From a virus (taxonomy: Duplodnaviria > Caudoviricetes): a DNA stretch of 64,000 nucleotides. The stretch is from the IMG/VR virus record IMGVR_UViG_2904150443_000004, positions 32,001 to 96,000 of that record; one strand, given 5' to 3'. The notes beneath the pieces are model-generated. The model had not been told where the DNA came from, ran no database searches, and was given only the letters and a program-made list of their open reading frames with translations. Position numbers and translations under genes: made by a program. Positions within the stretch are counted from its first letter, which is position 1; each line of letters starts with the position of its first letter. Shown here piece after piece: positions 54,400 to 64,000 of this stretch.

Positions 54400-55056
54400 G
54401 TGAATGGAATAGCACTTAAATTACCGACTGTTGAAGAAATTAAACAATCAAGACTTAGGTGTAAAGAGGAGGGACAGCTTGAGCGTGTAACATGTGGATT
54501 TACTGGACATAGACCAAGTAAGTTAGGTGGTTGCTACAGTTTAAAGCATCCTGAATCTCTTAGAATTGTGGAGACTCTTAAGCCAATACTTGAGCAACTA
54601 ATTAATGAAGAAGGAATCAGACAGTTCATTTCAGGTGGAGCTATTGGATTTGATCAAATTGCATTCTGGACTGTTCAGTCATTGAAAAAGCAATATCCTG
54701 AACTTGTAAATATTGTAGCGGTTCCTTTTAAAAATCAACCGTGCAAATGGACAGATAAGGAGACTCTTCACTGGTATAACAAAATGCTTCAGGTGGCAGA
54801 TGAGGTTATTTATGTTGACACTCTCGACAAATACAGTGTTGATGGAACAAAAGTTGAAGAATATCATGTAGCAAAAATGCAGAAGAGAAATGAATTCATG
54901 GTTGATAAGAGTAGAGTAATGATTGCCTGTTATGATGGGTCAAGAGGTGGTACTGGAAATTGCGTAGCTTATCTAACAAAGAAGGGAAAAACACTATATC
55001 AAATCAATCCAAATTATAATTATAAACTGGAAGTGAGATATGGAATATTCCATTGA
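54400..55056 (+). CDS. YspA-type SLOG family protein (YoqJ-like)
   Basis: FTGHRP, ISGGAIGFD, RNEFMVD and GGTGNC. Confidence 0.85.
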   Translation: MNGIALKLPTVEEIKQSRLRCKEEGQLERVTCGFTGHRPSKLGGCYSLKHPESLRIVETLKPILEQLINEEGIRQFISGGAIGFDQIAFWTVQSLKKQYPELVNIVAVPFKNQPCKWTDKETLHWYNKMLQVADEVIYVDTLDKYSVDGTKVEEYHVAKMQKRNEFMVDKSRVMIACYDGSRGGTGNCVAYLTKKGKTLYQINPNYNYKLEVRYGIFH

Positions 55057-55894
55057 GGAGGATGAAAGAATGTCAAAAAAATATAAATATTATCAAATAG
55101 GGTTTGCCGAAAGAGAGTCTGATATAAAATTAATTGATGACATTGTAACTTTCTTTGGAAGTGTTGAAGTAATAAAAGAAATTGAAAACTCAGGTAGACA
55201 GAATCTTTGGTCAACATCGAAATTTTATCATCTCGCTTACTCTCTATTTTTCTTTTCGATTAGGGAAAGGTATTGCGATGCAGCAAGACATAAAGAAGCT
55301 GTAAAATATAAAAAATCAAGTGAACTTGAGAATTTACCAATATTAATAGTATAGGATCATAGTGGATAGGAGATGGAAATGACAATTAACATTAATAAAC
55401 CAAGTTGCTACGAATTAAAGTTATTCATTACAAAAGGCACATTACTTATTGCTAATACAAGCGAGTTCGATTTAACAGAGGGTAGGATATATGCAGCCAT
55501 GAGAAACCAAGGAGATAGCACTTTCGGTGATTGCATCTTCATTAAGAATAACAAGGGTAATGTAGAAGATTATACATTAGAGAACTTTTGTCTATACGAA
55601 GGGGAAATAGTATCACAATAACTTCAAAAATATCTAAACTACTTCTATCAACGGAATAAAACATATCTTTCATGCAGTGATTAAAATATTTGAGCTAATC
55701 TTCATGATGATGCTAATCATTGCTAGGGGAGTATGTTGATGAAAAATTTTAAAAGTAAAAGATGATACAAAGACGTTCGAGCATAATTGGAATCGAAGAA
55801 AGATGCAAATAGAGTTTGGGATAAGGTTGATGATTGGTTAGACATCTTACAGTAAAAATAAAATAGACCGTCACAATGGACGGTCTGCCCTGAA

Positions 55895-56197
55895 TTAGAT
55901 GACTTTGATATGCCATGTCCAGATATGAACGCCATTCTTATATCCGTAAATAACAGCATTTCCATAACCTTTAGTCACAACTTTAAGTGTTGGTCTTATT
56001 TCTACCACCGAGAAACCAGATACTACTTCAAAACGAAGATCATCTCTAGGAAGCGGATAAGCGCCACCATAATACAGTTCTACGTATGTGTCTCCTGCTG
56101 CTGCTTCAACAGATGTTGCGGGTGTTAAGGTGATTCCAACAATTGTGCTCAAAGCCAGTGATGTACAAAGAAGAATTTTTTGAAGTGATATTTTCAA
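55895..56197 (-). CDS. Secreted protein, inverted relative to the array
   Basis: AAGGAGG RBS, signal peptide ending VEA, hairpin at 55864-55886. Confidence 0.7.
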   Translation of the reverse strand: MKISLQKILLCTSLALSTIVGITLTPATSVEAAAGDTYVELYYGGAYPLPRDDLRFEVVSGFSVVEIRPTLKVVTKGYGNAVIYGYKNGVHIWTWHIKVI

Positions 56198-56408
56198 GAA
56201 AATAACCTCCTTTTACTGGTATACGTTCAATAGCAGTCTAACATACTATAAAAAGGAAATCAATGAAATAATAGACATCTATGGGGTTCCTTACTTCTTA
56301 ATCACATGTGGAGAATAAAGAGTAGAGAGAGTTTAAAAGATTGGTCATTTAGGGGAGTTATTATTAGCTAGAATAAAATCAAATCAAATTTTTATGAGGT
56401 GATATTAA

Positions 56409-58582
56409 ATGAACTTTGATCTTGTGTATCTTGAACCGCTTAGTATTCATGCTTATAGAAGACCTGATTGTGGAATTCCACTGGTTACAGGAGTGTACTT
56501 TATTGAACCAGATGAACACCTTGAAGGTAGACTGTGTTATGAAGTAACCTATGAAGATGGATACAAAGATTATGTAACTAAGAGTGATGTAGATGAGGGG
56601 AAATACAGATTTTTAGTTAAATAAAATATATATAACTACTATATATTATACTTATGGAGGAAAAAATTGAAAAAATTTATTTGTGAAGTAGTTAAAAAAG
56701 ATAGGTATGAAATTGAAATCGATGATCAAATGTTAGATGAGGACTGGATGGAGCGTTTTAATTTCTGTAATAGGCTTGAATACGACTGTCTTGAAGAACA
56801 TGCAGTACGCATCTCTAAACATATGTCAAAAAGTTATGACAGTTATATTGATGGATATGGATACCCTCTTATCAATGGGCATAAGCACTATGCTGCGTTT
56901 GATTATCAAGTTGAATCTGGTATAAATATCAAGATTCTCAATGATGAGGATGATATTGAAGTAGATGTTTTTGAGATATAAAATTACGTTTTTATCATAC
57001 ATAAGGAGGAATCTGTTATGGGGATTATTGATAAATTTAAGGGTTGGTTTGGTAAGAAGGAGATGGAGAGTGCTATTGATAGCATCAATATGGAAAAAGC
57101 GAAACAAGATATCAGTGATGCTGCAAGCAGACTTATTGAAGCGTTCGGAACTCTTTCAAAGAGTATGGAATATCAAATGAATAACAAAGATATTTGTGAA
57201 CATGGAAATGAAATTGAACGCTTGACTAAGATTATGAGCAACACAAAAAACAAAAGAATTAAAAAGAAATTGTTGAAGAGAATCGAGATTCTTAAAGAAA
57301 GTGGGTTCTAAAAAAGTGAATAATATAAATATTGAAAAGGTGTTTGTAAATCAGTTTGGCTCGAAAAAATGGTTCGAAGTTCATTTTAAGTATGATGAAC
57401 AAACTATCAGTATTAATCTTGACCTTGAGGAAATGAAAAAGCTAGGAGTAACAAAGTCTTTGAATGGTACAAAAAAGCTAAGAGAATGGCTAATGTCTGA
57501 TAAAGGCTATGACTATATTAAACGCAGTATGAAATAACTATTTCAAAGGAGATTAAATGCAATTTTATATACCATTATGGGCAATTCCAGTTATTGGCAC
57601 TGTTATTATTGTTGGGATTATTTCAATTTGGAAGGTGCTAAGAAAACCTTTAGGTTAAATTATATGAAATTAAATAAAATAAATATATGAGGTGATAAAA
57701 TGAGTATGCAATATGGAGCTGACGATAAGAGCAAAGTTGGAGAGTTAGTTCAAAAATTATTGGATTCATGGCCTTATGATGATGAATACTTGAAGATTCG
57801 AGTACATTATTCGGATGGATCTTGGTTTGTAACACGAGACCATAAATAAGTAGGTTATAAATTCTTGATTTTATAAAAAAGACAGCCTCACCGTAGCAAG
57901 ACCGCCTTAACCAAATCTATTTAATTGATAAGCAATGACCATTGCCACTCGAAGTCAAAGTGATTGCGAAGAATCCACTTATTTGTATCTTCGAGATCGC
58001 CTGAACAACTATTACCTGAACTACATAAAAAATAAACAGGTTTATCAAACTGCTCTGAGATCGAGTTTCTAATAATAAAGTAACTATCAGGATTTTTTTC
58101 AAGCTTCCAAGATAACATTACTACTACAAATTCTTTTTTCACAAAGTATTTAAATTGCATAATATCACTCCTTTCAAGAATTATTTTAAGAGGGCTCTCC
58201 TCTTTAAGCTAATTATGCAGAAAAATATGAGATTAAAGTAAGAAAATCGGTTCTACCTTGTTCAATAAAATTTTAAAAAAGGAGATTCAAAATTATGAAT
58301 GAAATCAAAATCAAACGTGAACTGCTAGAAAAGTATGGGCTACCTGATTGTGGAATCAATGGAGTGAAACTTATTAGAGATGATATTACAGACAATTCAA
58401 GATGGTCAATTCACCATGAAATAATTTTCAAGTGGACTGATGGGAAATTCTATAGAGCGTATTATTCTGTAGGTGCAACAGAATCACAAGATGAGGCTCC
58501 ATGGGAATACGAGGATGAAGTCGAATGTGTAGAGGTGTATCAAGTTGAGAAGATGGTCAAAGTTTGGGAAGATGTTTTATAA
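56409..58582 (+). other. Small hypothetical genes (56409, 56667, 57018, 57301, 58295; 57921-58160 on the - strand)
   Basis: RBS-preceded ORFs with boundary motifs. Confidence 0.65.
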
Positions 58583-58610
58583 ATATCTAATGAAATAGGA
58601 ATTTGATAAG

Positions 58611-58936
58611 GTGAGTGTAATTAATATGAACGAACATAAGATTGATCACATAGAAAAAGCTCTTAATGCTACTCTTACTGGTCAACAAAGGATGAGTTTA
58701 TTATCTGATGAAGATGTGTTCTGTGTAGGTGGAAGAGGAAGTGGACGGACTTTTGTACACTGTATCAAACTTGCCTTATCAGATGGAAACCCCTTGATAT
58801 AAGGAAGTCAGAAAAATTCTCTGACAGTAGTGATAGTGAAGTACTGTATGCTCGTGGATATTATAAAAGAATGTTTATGGAGGTTTGGCATAGTCTCCGT
58901 GATTATGGATTCAAGGTGAGAGAAGTGAAATCTTGA
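58611..58936 (+). pseudogene. Frameshifted hypothetical gene
   Basis: Stops at 58802, but the -1 frame from about 58793 stays open to TGA 58936 (LDIRKSEKFSD...GFKVREVKS). Confidence 0.5.
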
Positions 58937-58949
58937 GAACGTCTTCCAG

Positions 58950-59000
58950 TTTACAGAACGTTTGTTTGGTGTATAATAAGAATGCAAACAAACGTTCTGT
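58950..59000 (+). promoter_or_regulatory. SOS promoter with two LexA boxes
   Basis: TTTACA/TATAAT flanked by the perfect inverted 16-mers ACAGAACGTTTGTTTG and CAAACAAACGTTCTGT. Confidence 0.85.
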
Positions 59001-59016
59001 ATGAGGTGGAGTTGAA

Positions 59017-60252
59017 ATGAAGAAGCGGATTATTATGCTTGTGGATATGCAATCATTTTACGCAAGTGTTGAAAAGGCGATGCAACCACAATATAAGGAC
59101 ATGCCATTAATTGTTGCAGGAGATCCAGCTAGAAGATCTGGAATTGTTCTTGCTGCATGTCCAATAGCAAAGAGCTACGGAATTTCAACCGCAGATAGAC
59201 TTTGGGAGGCACTTAATAAGTGTCCTGACGTTGTAGTTATTCAACCTCATCTGCAACAATATATAGACGTTTCCATGCAAATTACGACGATCCTAGAAAC
59301 GTACACTGATTTGGTGGAACCGTATTCGATAGATGAACAGTTCATTGATGTAACGAACTCCATTCATCTCTTTAATATGACTCCCGAAGAATTGGCTGCT
59401 GACATTCAGCAACAGATACTACATCAGACAGGAGTATGGGCTAGAGCAGGAATCGGAGAAAACAAGATCATCGCTAAAATGTGTTGTGACATGCTGGCGA
59501 AGAAAAATAAATCAGGAATCTTCACTTTAAGAAAAGACGAGTTAGACAAGCATCTCTGGCAAAAGCCAGTTGAAGATATGTGGGGCGTAGGCTCCCGAAT
59601 GAAACGGCACTTTTATCGTATGGGAATTAGAACGATAGGAGATTTAGCCAGAACCCCACTCCCTAAGTTAACGAAAAAATGGGGCGTTAACGGTCAAGTT
59701 TTATGGCAGTGTTCGAATGGAATCGATAATTCTCCCGTTACAAAGGATTCACATAGTGGGCAAAAGGTTATTGGTAATGGTATGACTCTTCCAAGAGATT
59801 ACGCTGAGGTTTGGGAAATAAACGTGGTAATCATGGATATGGTTAATCAAGTTTGCAGAAGGTGCAGACAAAAGAAGGTAAGAGGTTCTGTCTTAAATGT
59901 GAGCTGCATGGGAGCTGATTGGGATCATCCAACAGGATTCAATCGACAGATTAAACTAATGGATGCCACCAATGTAACTACAACAGTATATAAAGCAGCG
60001 GTTGACTTATTCCATAAATTTTGGGATGGTGAACCAATTAGACGGATTGGAGTATCAATGTCTGGATTAGAAAGTGATGAAGTATATCAATTAACACTTT
60101 TCGATGATCAGGTTAAAAATAGAAAGATTGATCAAGTTATGGATGCGGTAAGAGATAAGTTTGGAGAGACATCAATAGCATGGGCAAGCACATTTACCTC
60201 AGCAGGACAGACAATGGATCGTGCATCTAAGATTGGGGGTCATTATAAATGA
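59017..60252 (+). CDS. dinB: Y-family DNA polymerase (DinB/UvrX/PolY2-like)
   Basis: VDMQSFYASVE, YSIDE and WGVG motifs; C-terminal IGGH. Confidence 0.95.
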   Translation: MKKRIIMLVDMQSFYASVEKAMQPQYKDMPLIVAGDPARRSGIVLAACPIAKSYGISTADRLWEALNKCPDVVVIQPHLQQYIDVSMQITTILETYTDLVEPYSIDEQFIDVTNSIHLFNMTPEELAADIQQQILHQTGVWARAGIGENKIIAKMCCDMLAKKNKSGIFTLRKDELDKHLWQKPVEDMWGVGSRMKRHFYRMGIRTIGDLARTPLPKLTKKWGVNGQVLWQCSNGIDNSPVTKDSHSGQKVIGNGMTLPRDYAEVWEINVVIMDMVNQVCRRCRQKKVRGSVLNVSCMGADWDHPTGFNRQIKLMDATNVTTTVYKAAVDLFHKFWDGEPIRRIGVSMSGLESDEVYQLTLFDDQVKNRKIDQVMDAVRDKFGETSIAWASTFTSAGQTMDRASKIGGHYK

Positions 60253-60578
60253 GAGGAAAGTTAAGCGGAAATATTATGTGGGAGGCGAGTAGAATGATGT
60301 TGCCTGAACATAAGGAGGCAATTAAACAACATAGCCATGTTAAAGGTGAATACAAGAAACCAGAGCTATGTGAGGAAAGAATTGAAGAGATAATGCTAAC
60401 GATTAGAGAAGCCTTCGAACAGCAAGCAGATATCAGTGTTGAATTTTATCAAAAACAAGGTAACAGAAAAGTTCAGGGCAAAGTGGCCAAGTTTGATCAA
60501 TTCGGGAAAAAGATTCGGATTGATTTTAATATGGGATATGAGTGGATAGATCTTGCTAAAATAGTATCAGCTACATAG
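60249..60578 (+). CDS. yolD: YolD-like protein
   Basis: MWEASRMMLPEH; overlaps the Pol Y stop. Confidence 0.88.
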   Translation: MRGKLSGNIMWEASRMMLPEHKEAIKQHSHVKGEYKKPELCEERIEEIMLTIREAFEQQADISVEFYQKQGNRKVQGKVAKFDQFGKKIRIDFNMGYEWIDLAKIVSAT

Positions 60579-60793
60579 GGCACTAAATTGTGCTCTTTCT
60601 TATTTTATATAAATAAAATATTGACTGTTTCATATTGATAATGATATTCTTTGAATAGATAAATGTTGGAAATATGTGAGTGGAGTATAAGCATAAATCT
60701 TTCATTTATCTTTCTTTAATTGTTTGGTTAATTCTGTGAATTGGAGATATAATTACAATAGAGTAAAAAGCCATTTCACAGGAGGTTGATAGA

Positions 60794-63732
60794 GTGTATA
60801 ACAATATGATAGTTACATCGATTTATATTGAAGCACCACCTGTATTAACTGTTTCTACAAACGAACCAAATAAGAAACAAATCGTACATTTAATAGGACG
60901 CATTGCTGATAAAAGAGAAATTGATGGTGAAACAAAATATATAAGCTATGAAGATCTCAAAAATGGAGATAAGTTATATAAGTTTACAGTTGGTGATAAA
61001 CAAGTAATGGTAGTAGTGGAAAGACTCCCGATACTTACTTTCGCTAAGAACTCAGATGAGTATACATTTGATCCTGTAGAAATTCGTAGTTAGCATCATA
61101 ATATATTCACAAATAGGAGGATGTTTATATGAGCCAAAGTCCATTGTATAAAAAGATGATTTCTCTTACTCCAGCTTTAAATGGTGTTATTGAAGTTGCT
61201 TCTGAAGTAAAGCAAGCTAGAGAGGATTTTAATAGAAGGTATCCCAAGGTGACTGGTCACATCGCAGAACATCTAGATGAATATATAAAGGATGAAGATA
61301 TCCGTATTGCTAAGGAAAAATTCATATCTTATATGAACCGACTATCTTACGATGACGTGGTTATTATAGATGCAATAATGCTTGTGGGCAGACAAGAGAA
61401 AGATCCTGAAGAATATATTCAGGCCAAAGTTGAAACTGAAAAAGAAGGATACGAATGGCTTGAGCCGGAAGAAGGTGTTTTTGATTCACCTCAGAAAAAG
61501 GTATTTGATTATTTAAAGTACATAAAGAGCTTAAATACAACTAAAACGGAAATTATCTTCTCGATGATGGAGAAAGCGCCTTTAATCGATTTCTTACAGC
61601 GAGGAATGCATATTCTCGATATTCAAGACAAGACCAGAGTTTAAAGGGGTGAATCCAATGAAAATTATATGTAAAGGTCAAATAAAAGGTTCGTTTCGGG
61701 GCTGGAAAAATAGAGACACGGAATATCAATTTGTAAGCGGCGAGAAGTGGAGGCAAGAAGAATACCATTATCATTATCACTATTCTTACTATCCAAATGC
61801 GAAGGTAATTCAAACAGCAAGAGGTTTCGAAATGCATGTTGATGGATTGAATTTTGGAATGCTTGTTAAGAGAGTGTATTGAAATATCGTTTTTATGGGG
61901 AGAGGTAAAGGTTGAATTGGATATCTAATTCACCAATACAAGACAGAAATGAGCATGGAAAAGATTTGAGGGTTGAAATATTTGATGATCGTTCTGAATT
62001 CCCTGAAGTTGGAGAGGAATACGTCATTTACTGTGAACGTGGATATTTTGAAATTGAACCTACAAGGTATATTTGGGGAGAATTTCAAGGGGAAAAGATG
62101 TATCTCCTTTTGCATAAAGGTGTATTATGATAAAATTGGCATTTTATAAGGAGAAATATATATGACTTACAGCAAACCAAAATGTCACTGTGGTACAGAG
62201 CTGGTACACAGTTTGGAGTATATTTATCGTGAGGATAGAAGAATATCGTTAAATGGACAACCACTGAAAAATAAATGCAACAAACCATTAGAAGATCTTG
62301 TTCCATACGATGATCCTCATGAGTATTTACGATGTCCAGAATGCTATTTCCGATATGAAATGGATTATGATGAGCAAGGAAGGATCATAACAATCGGAGG
62401 TATTAAGCCGCATCCGAATGATACTGGATTAGGATAGGAGAATACATATGAACTATAAAATACCTACATGTACATGCGGTAGTGAACTAATGTTAAGAAT
62501 GCAGCCAGCATTTGAGATTGAGCTTAAACCATTAAAAAACGGAAGATATCCAAATATCAAAAAGAAGGATATCAATCTTTCTAAGATAATTCCTGATAAC
62601 TATCCAGAATGGCTTCAGTGTCCAAATTGCGACACCGAATACGAGTTTATTCAAGACGAAAAGGGCATGGTAAAAGATATTTGGAAAAGATAATAAAATG
62701 GGGATTTGATGAAGCTCATAGTTCTAAAGGAGAGATCATATTAATGCCAGAGTTCTTTTCGGAATTATTTTCAACAGAAAATATAATTAAAATGATAACG
62801 ACAGGACTTCCCACATTGCTAATTGCTCTACTAGTTCCCTTATATTCTGTAAGGGTTGCCTTAAAGCAATTTTATAGTCAGAAATGGTGGGAAACAAAAG
62901 CTAAAGCATATTTTGAAATCATTGAAAATTTATCTACTTTAGAATATATCTACGGAGAGTATTTTGAACATTATGTGATGAACAGTATTAAATTTTCAGA
63001 CGAAAAAATAAACAGTTTCTATGAGATACAAGTTAAGGCTCTTTCTGAAATAAAAAAGTATTCGGCTATGGGTAATTACATTATCTCCAATGAAGTGTCT
63101 GAGGTATTGAAAAATCTATTGAGAGAGCTAGATTATAGACACAAAGAAGGTAACTGGTTTGAAGACATAGAACATCATCATGGAGCCATTATTGAATGTT
63201 TAAAACTGACAAAAGAGAGCGCTAAAAGTGATTTGAATAGAAGAAAGATGAAATAATACTTTTATAACCGAAAGGGGACGAGCAAAGTGAATGTTTTTGA
63301 GGCATTTAATTTGATGAATGCAGGTCACATAGTAAAGGATGACTATGGTTATTGGTTTAAAAAAGATGATAATCAACTAATTGATTCTATAGATGAAGGA
63401 AAGACATGGCACCCAACGGAAGAATTTAAGTATGGTTACATTAATCAAAAATGGCATTTAGTTAAATGAAGATAAAACAATTCATTTATTTGGAGGTGTT
63501 ATGAAAAATGGACGGTCTCGAATCATGTAGTTATTGTAAACCGAAAAACGCGAAAACATTGCTTGCAGGTAAAGCAGCGTATATGTCAGCATGGGTACAA
63601 ATTTATACTAATGATAGTGATGTAAGATTGGGATTGAGCGCAAAAGGAGAAAGTGATATTGGAAATTCAGTTGAGATTTTTTACTGTCCAATGTGCGGTA
63701 GAAAATTAAGTGGCAAGAACAAAACGAAATGA
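60794..63732 (+). other. Small hypothetical genes including a DUF3775-like protein (61129), zinc-finger proteins (62162, 62448, 63508) and a membrane protein (about 62743-63256)
   Basis: CxC/CxxC pairs; boundary motifs at 61880, 62131, 62694, 63249, 63473 and 63725. Confidence 0.65.
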
Positions 63733-63764
63733 GTATTTTATTTGAACTGAGGGAGGAATGTGAA

Positions 63765-64000
63765 GTGAAGCGAGACATGGAACTTATCATTGAAATTTTA
63801 AAGGTAGTTGAATCAAAAACAGAACCATTTATTATGAGTATTGAAGGTAAAGATTATGGACTGGTTCAGTACAATGTAGGCCTCGCGGTTGAACATGGAT
63901 TGATTGTTGCTTCATCTAAAATTATTGAGTGCGTGCCAACATATCTGATTAGCGGTCTAACTTGGGATGGTCATGAGTTCTTAGATTCAGTGAAAAATGA
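63765..64000 (+). CDS. DUF2513-like protein, truncated by the window end
   Basis: MKRDMELIIEIL...LTWDGHEFLDSVK. Confidence 0.7.
   Translation, partial: MKRDMELIIEILKVVESKTEPFIMSIEGKDYGLVQYNVGLAVEHGLIVASSKIIECVPTYLISGLTWDGHEFLDSVKN

Larger units (their letters stand above)
13600..63740. repeat. Dispersed 16-bp imperfect palindrome T(G/A)AAA-N6-TTT(C/T/G)A at gene boundaries (at least 33 copies)
   Basis: Starts at 13600, 14191, 16210, 21690, 22093, 23750, 27126, 28334, 28627, 30547, 31477, 32653, 34227, 35039, 36611, 36893, 38755, 39614, 40020, 40393, 45380, 50298, 52892, 53251, 54373, 55657, 56979, 57530, 58591, 61880, 62131, 62694, 63249. Near matches at 21206, 31981, 37565, 48004, 56379, 63473, 63725. 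Confidence 0.9.
1..64000. mobile_element. Internal segment of an SPbeta-like temperate phage/prophage
   Basis: Gene order yonJ-like, HU, yonO, yonV-like, then yopQ/yopR-like, AAA ATPase, ligase, YspA-SLOG, 5'-nucleotidase and Pol Y/YolD matches SPbeta-type content. Dense small AT-rich ORFs; no host housekeeping genes. Confidence 0.9.

Noticed and set aside
13600-63740. Boundary palindromes as intrinsic terminators or CRISPR repeats
   Set aside because: 5-6 bp A/T stems are too weak and lack U tracts; real terminators are separate GC-stem hairpins. Spacing is gene-sized and irregular, and there are no cas genes.
1-64000. attL/attR or prophage boundary
   Set aside because: No host genes or flanking direct repeats were seen; the tRNAs look phage-encoded rather than an integration site.

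Overview
AT-rich 64-kb segment of a large SPbeta-like temperate phage or prophage of a spore-forming Bacillota host. Paenibacillus-like is an inference from the RsfA, YolD/Pol Y and Alo-type quorum-sensing genes; no att site or host DNA is visible. The left end (0.5-10 kb) is core: YonJ-like phosphoesterase, HU, YonO single-subunit RNA polymerase, a catalytically intact tyrosine recombinase, an iteron-like array with an HTH initiator-like gene, a 1-kb non-coding region and a YonV-like helicase. The rest is mostly a + strand array of short accessory genes. It is interrupted by a YopQ/YopR (SroE/SroF)-like repressor pair, an agr/Alo-like peptide-signalling operon, two tRNAs, recombination and nucleotide-metabolism genes, and an SOS-controlled Pol Y/YolD operon. 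Three signals stand out. (1) At least 33 copies of a 16-bp imperfect palindrome, T(G/A)AAA-N6-TTT(C/T/G)A, sit at the boundaries of accessory genes, suggesting an integron-like cassette array. (2) A kinase-less agr/Alo peptide system lies directly behind the master-repressor homologue, with no arbitrium genes visible. (3) A PAPS reductase is paired with a nuclease-free phosphorothioate-binding (SBD-like) protein. All family calls come from motif recognition by eye; no database searches were run.
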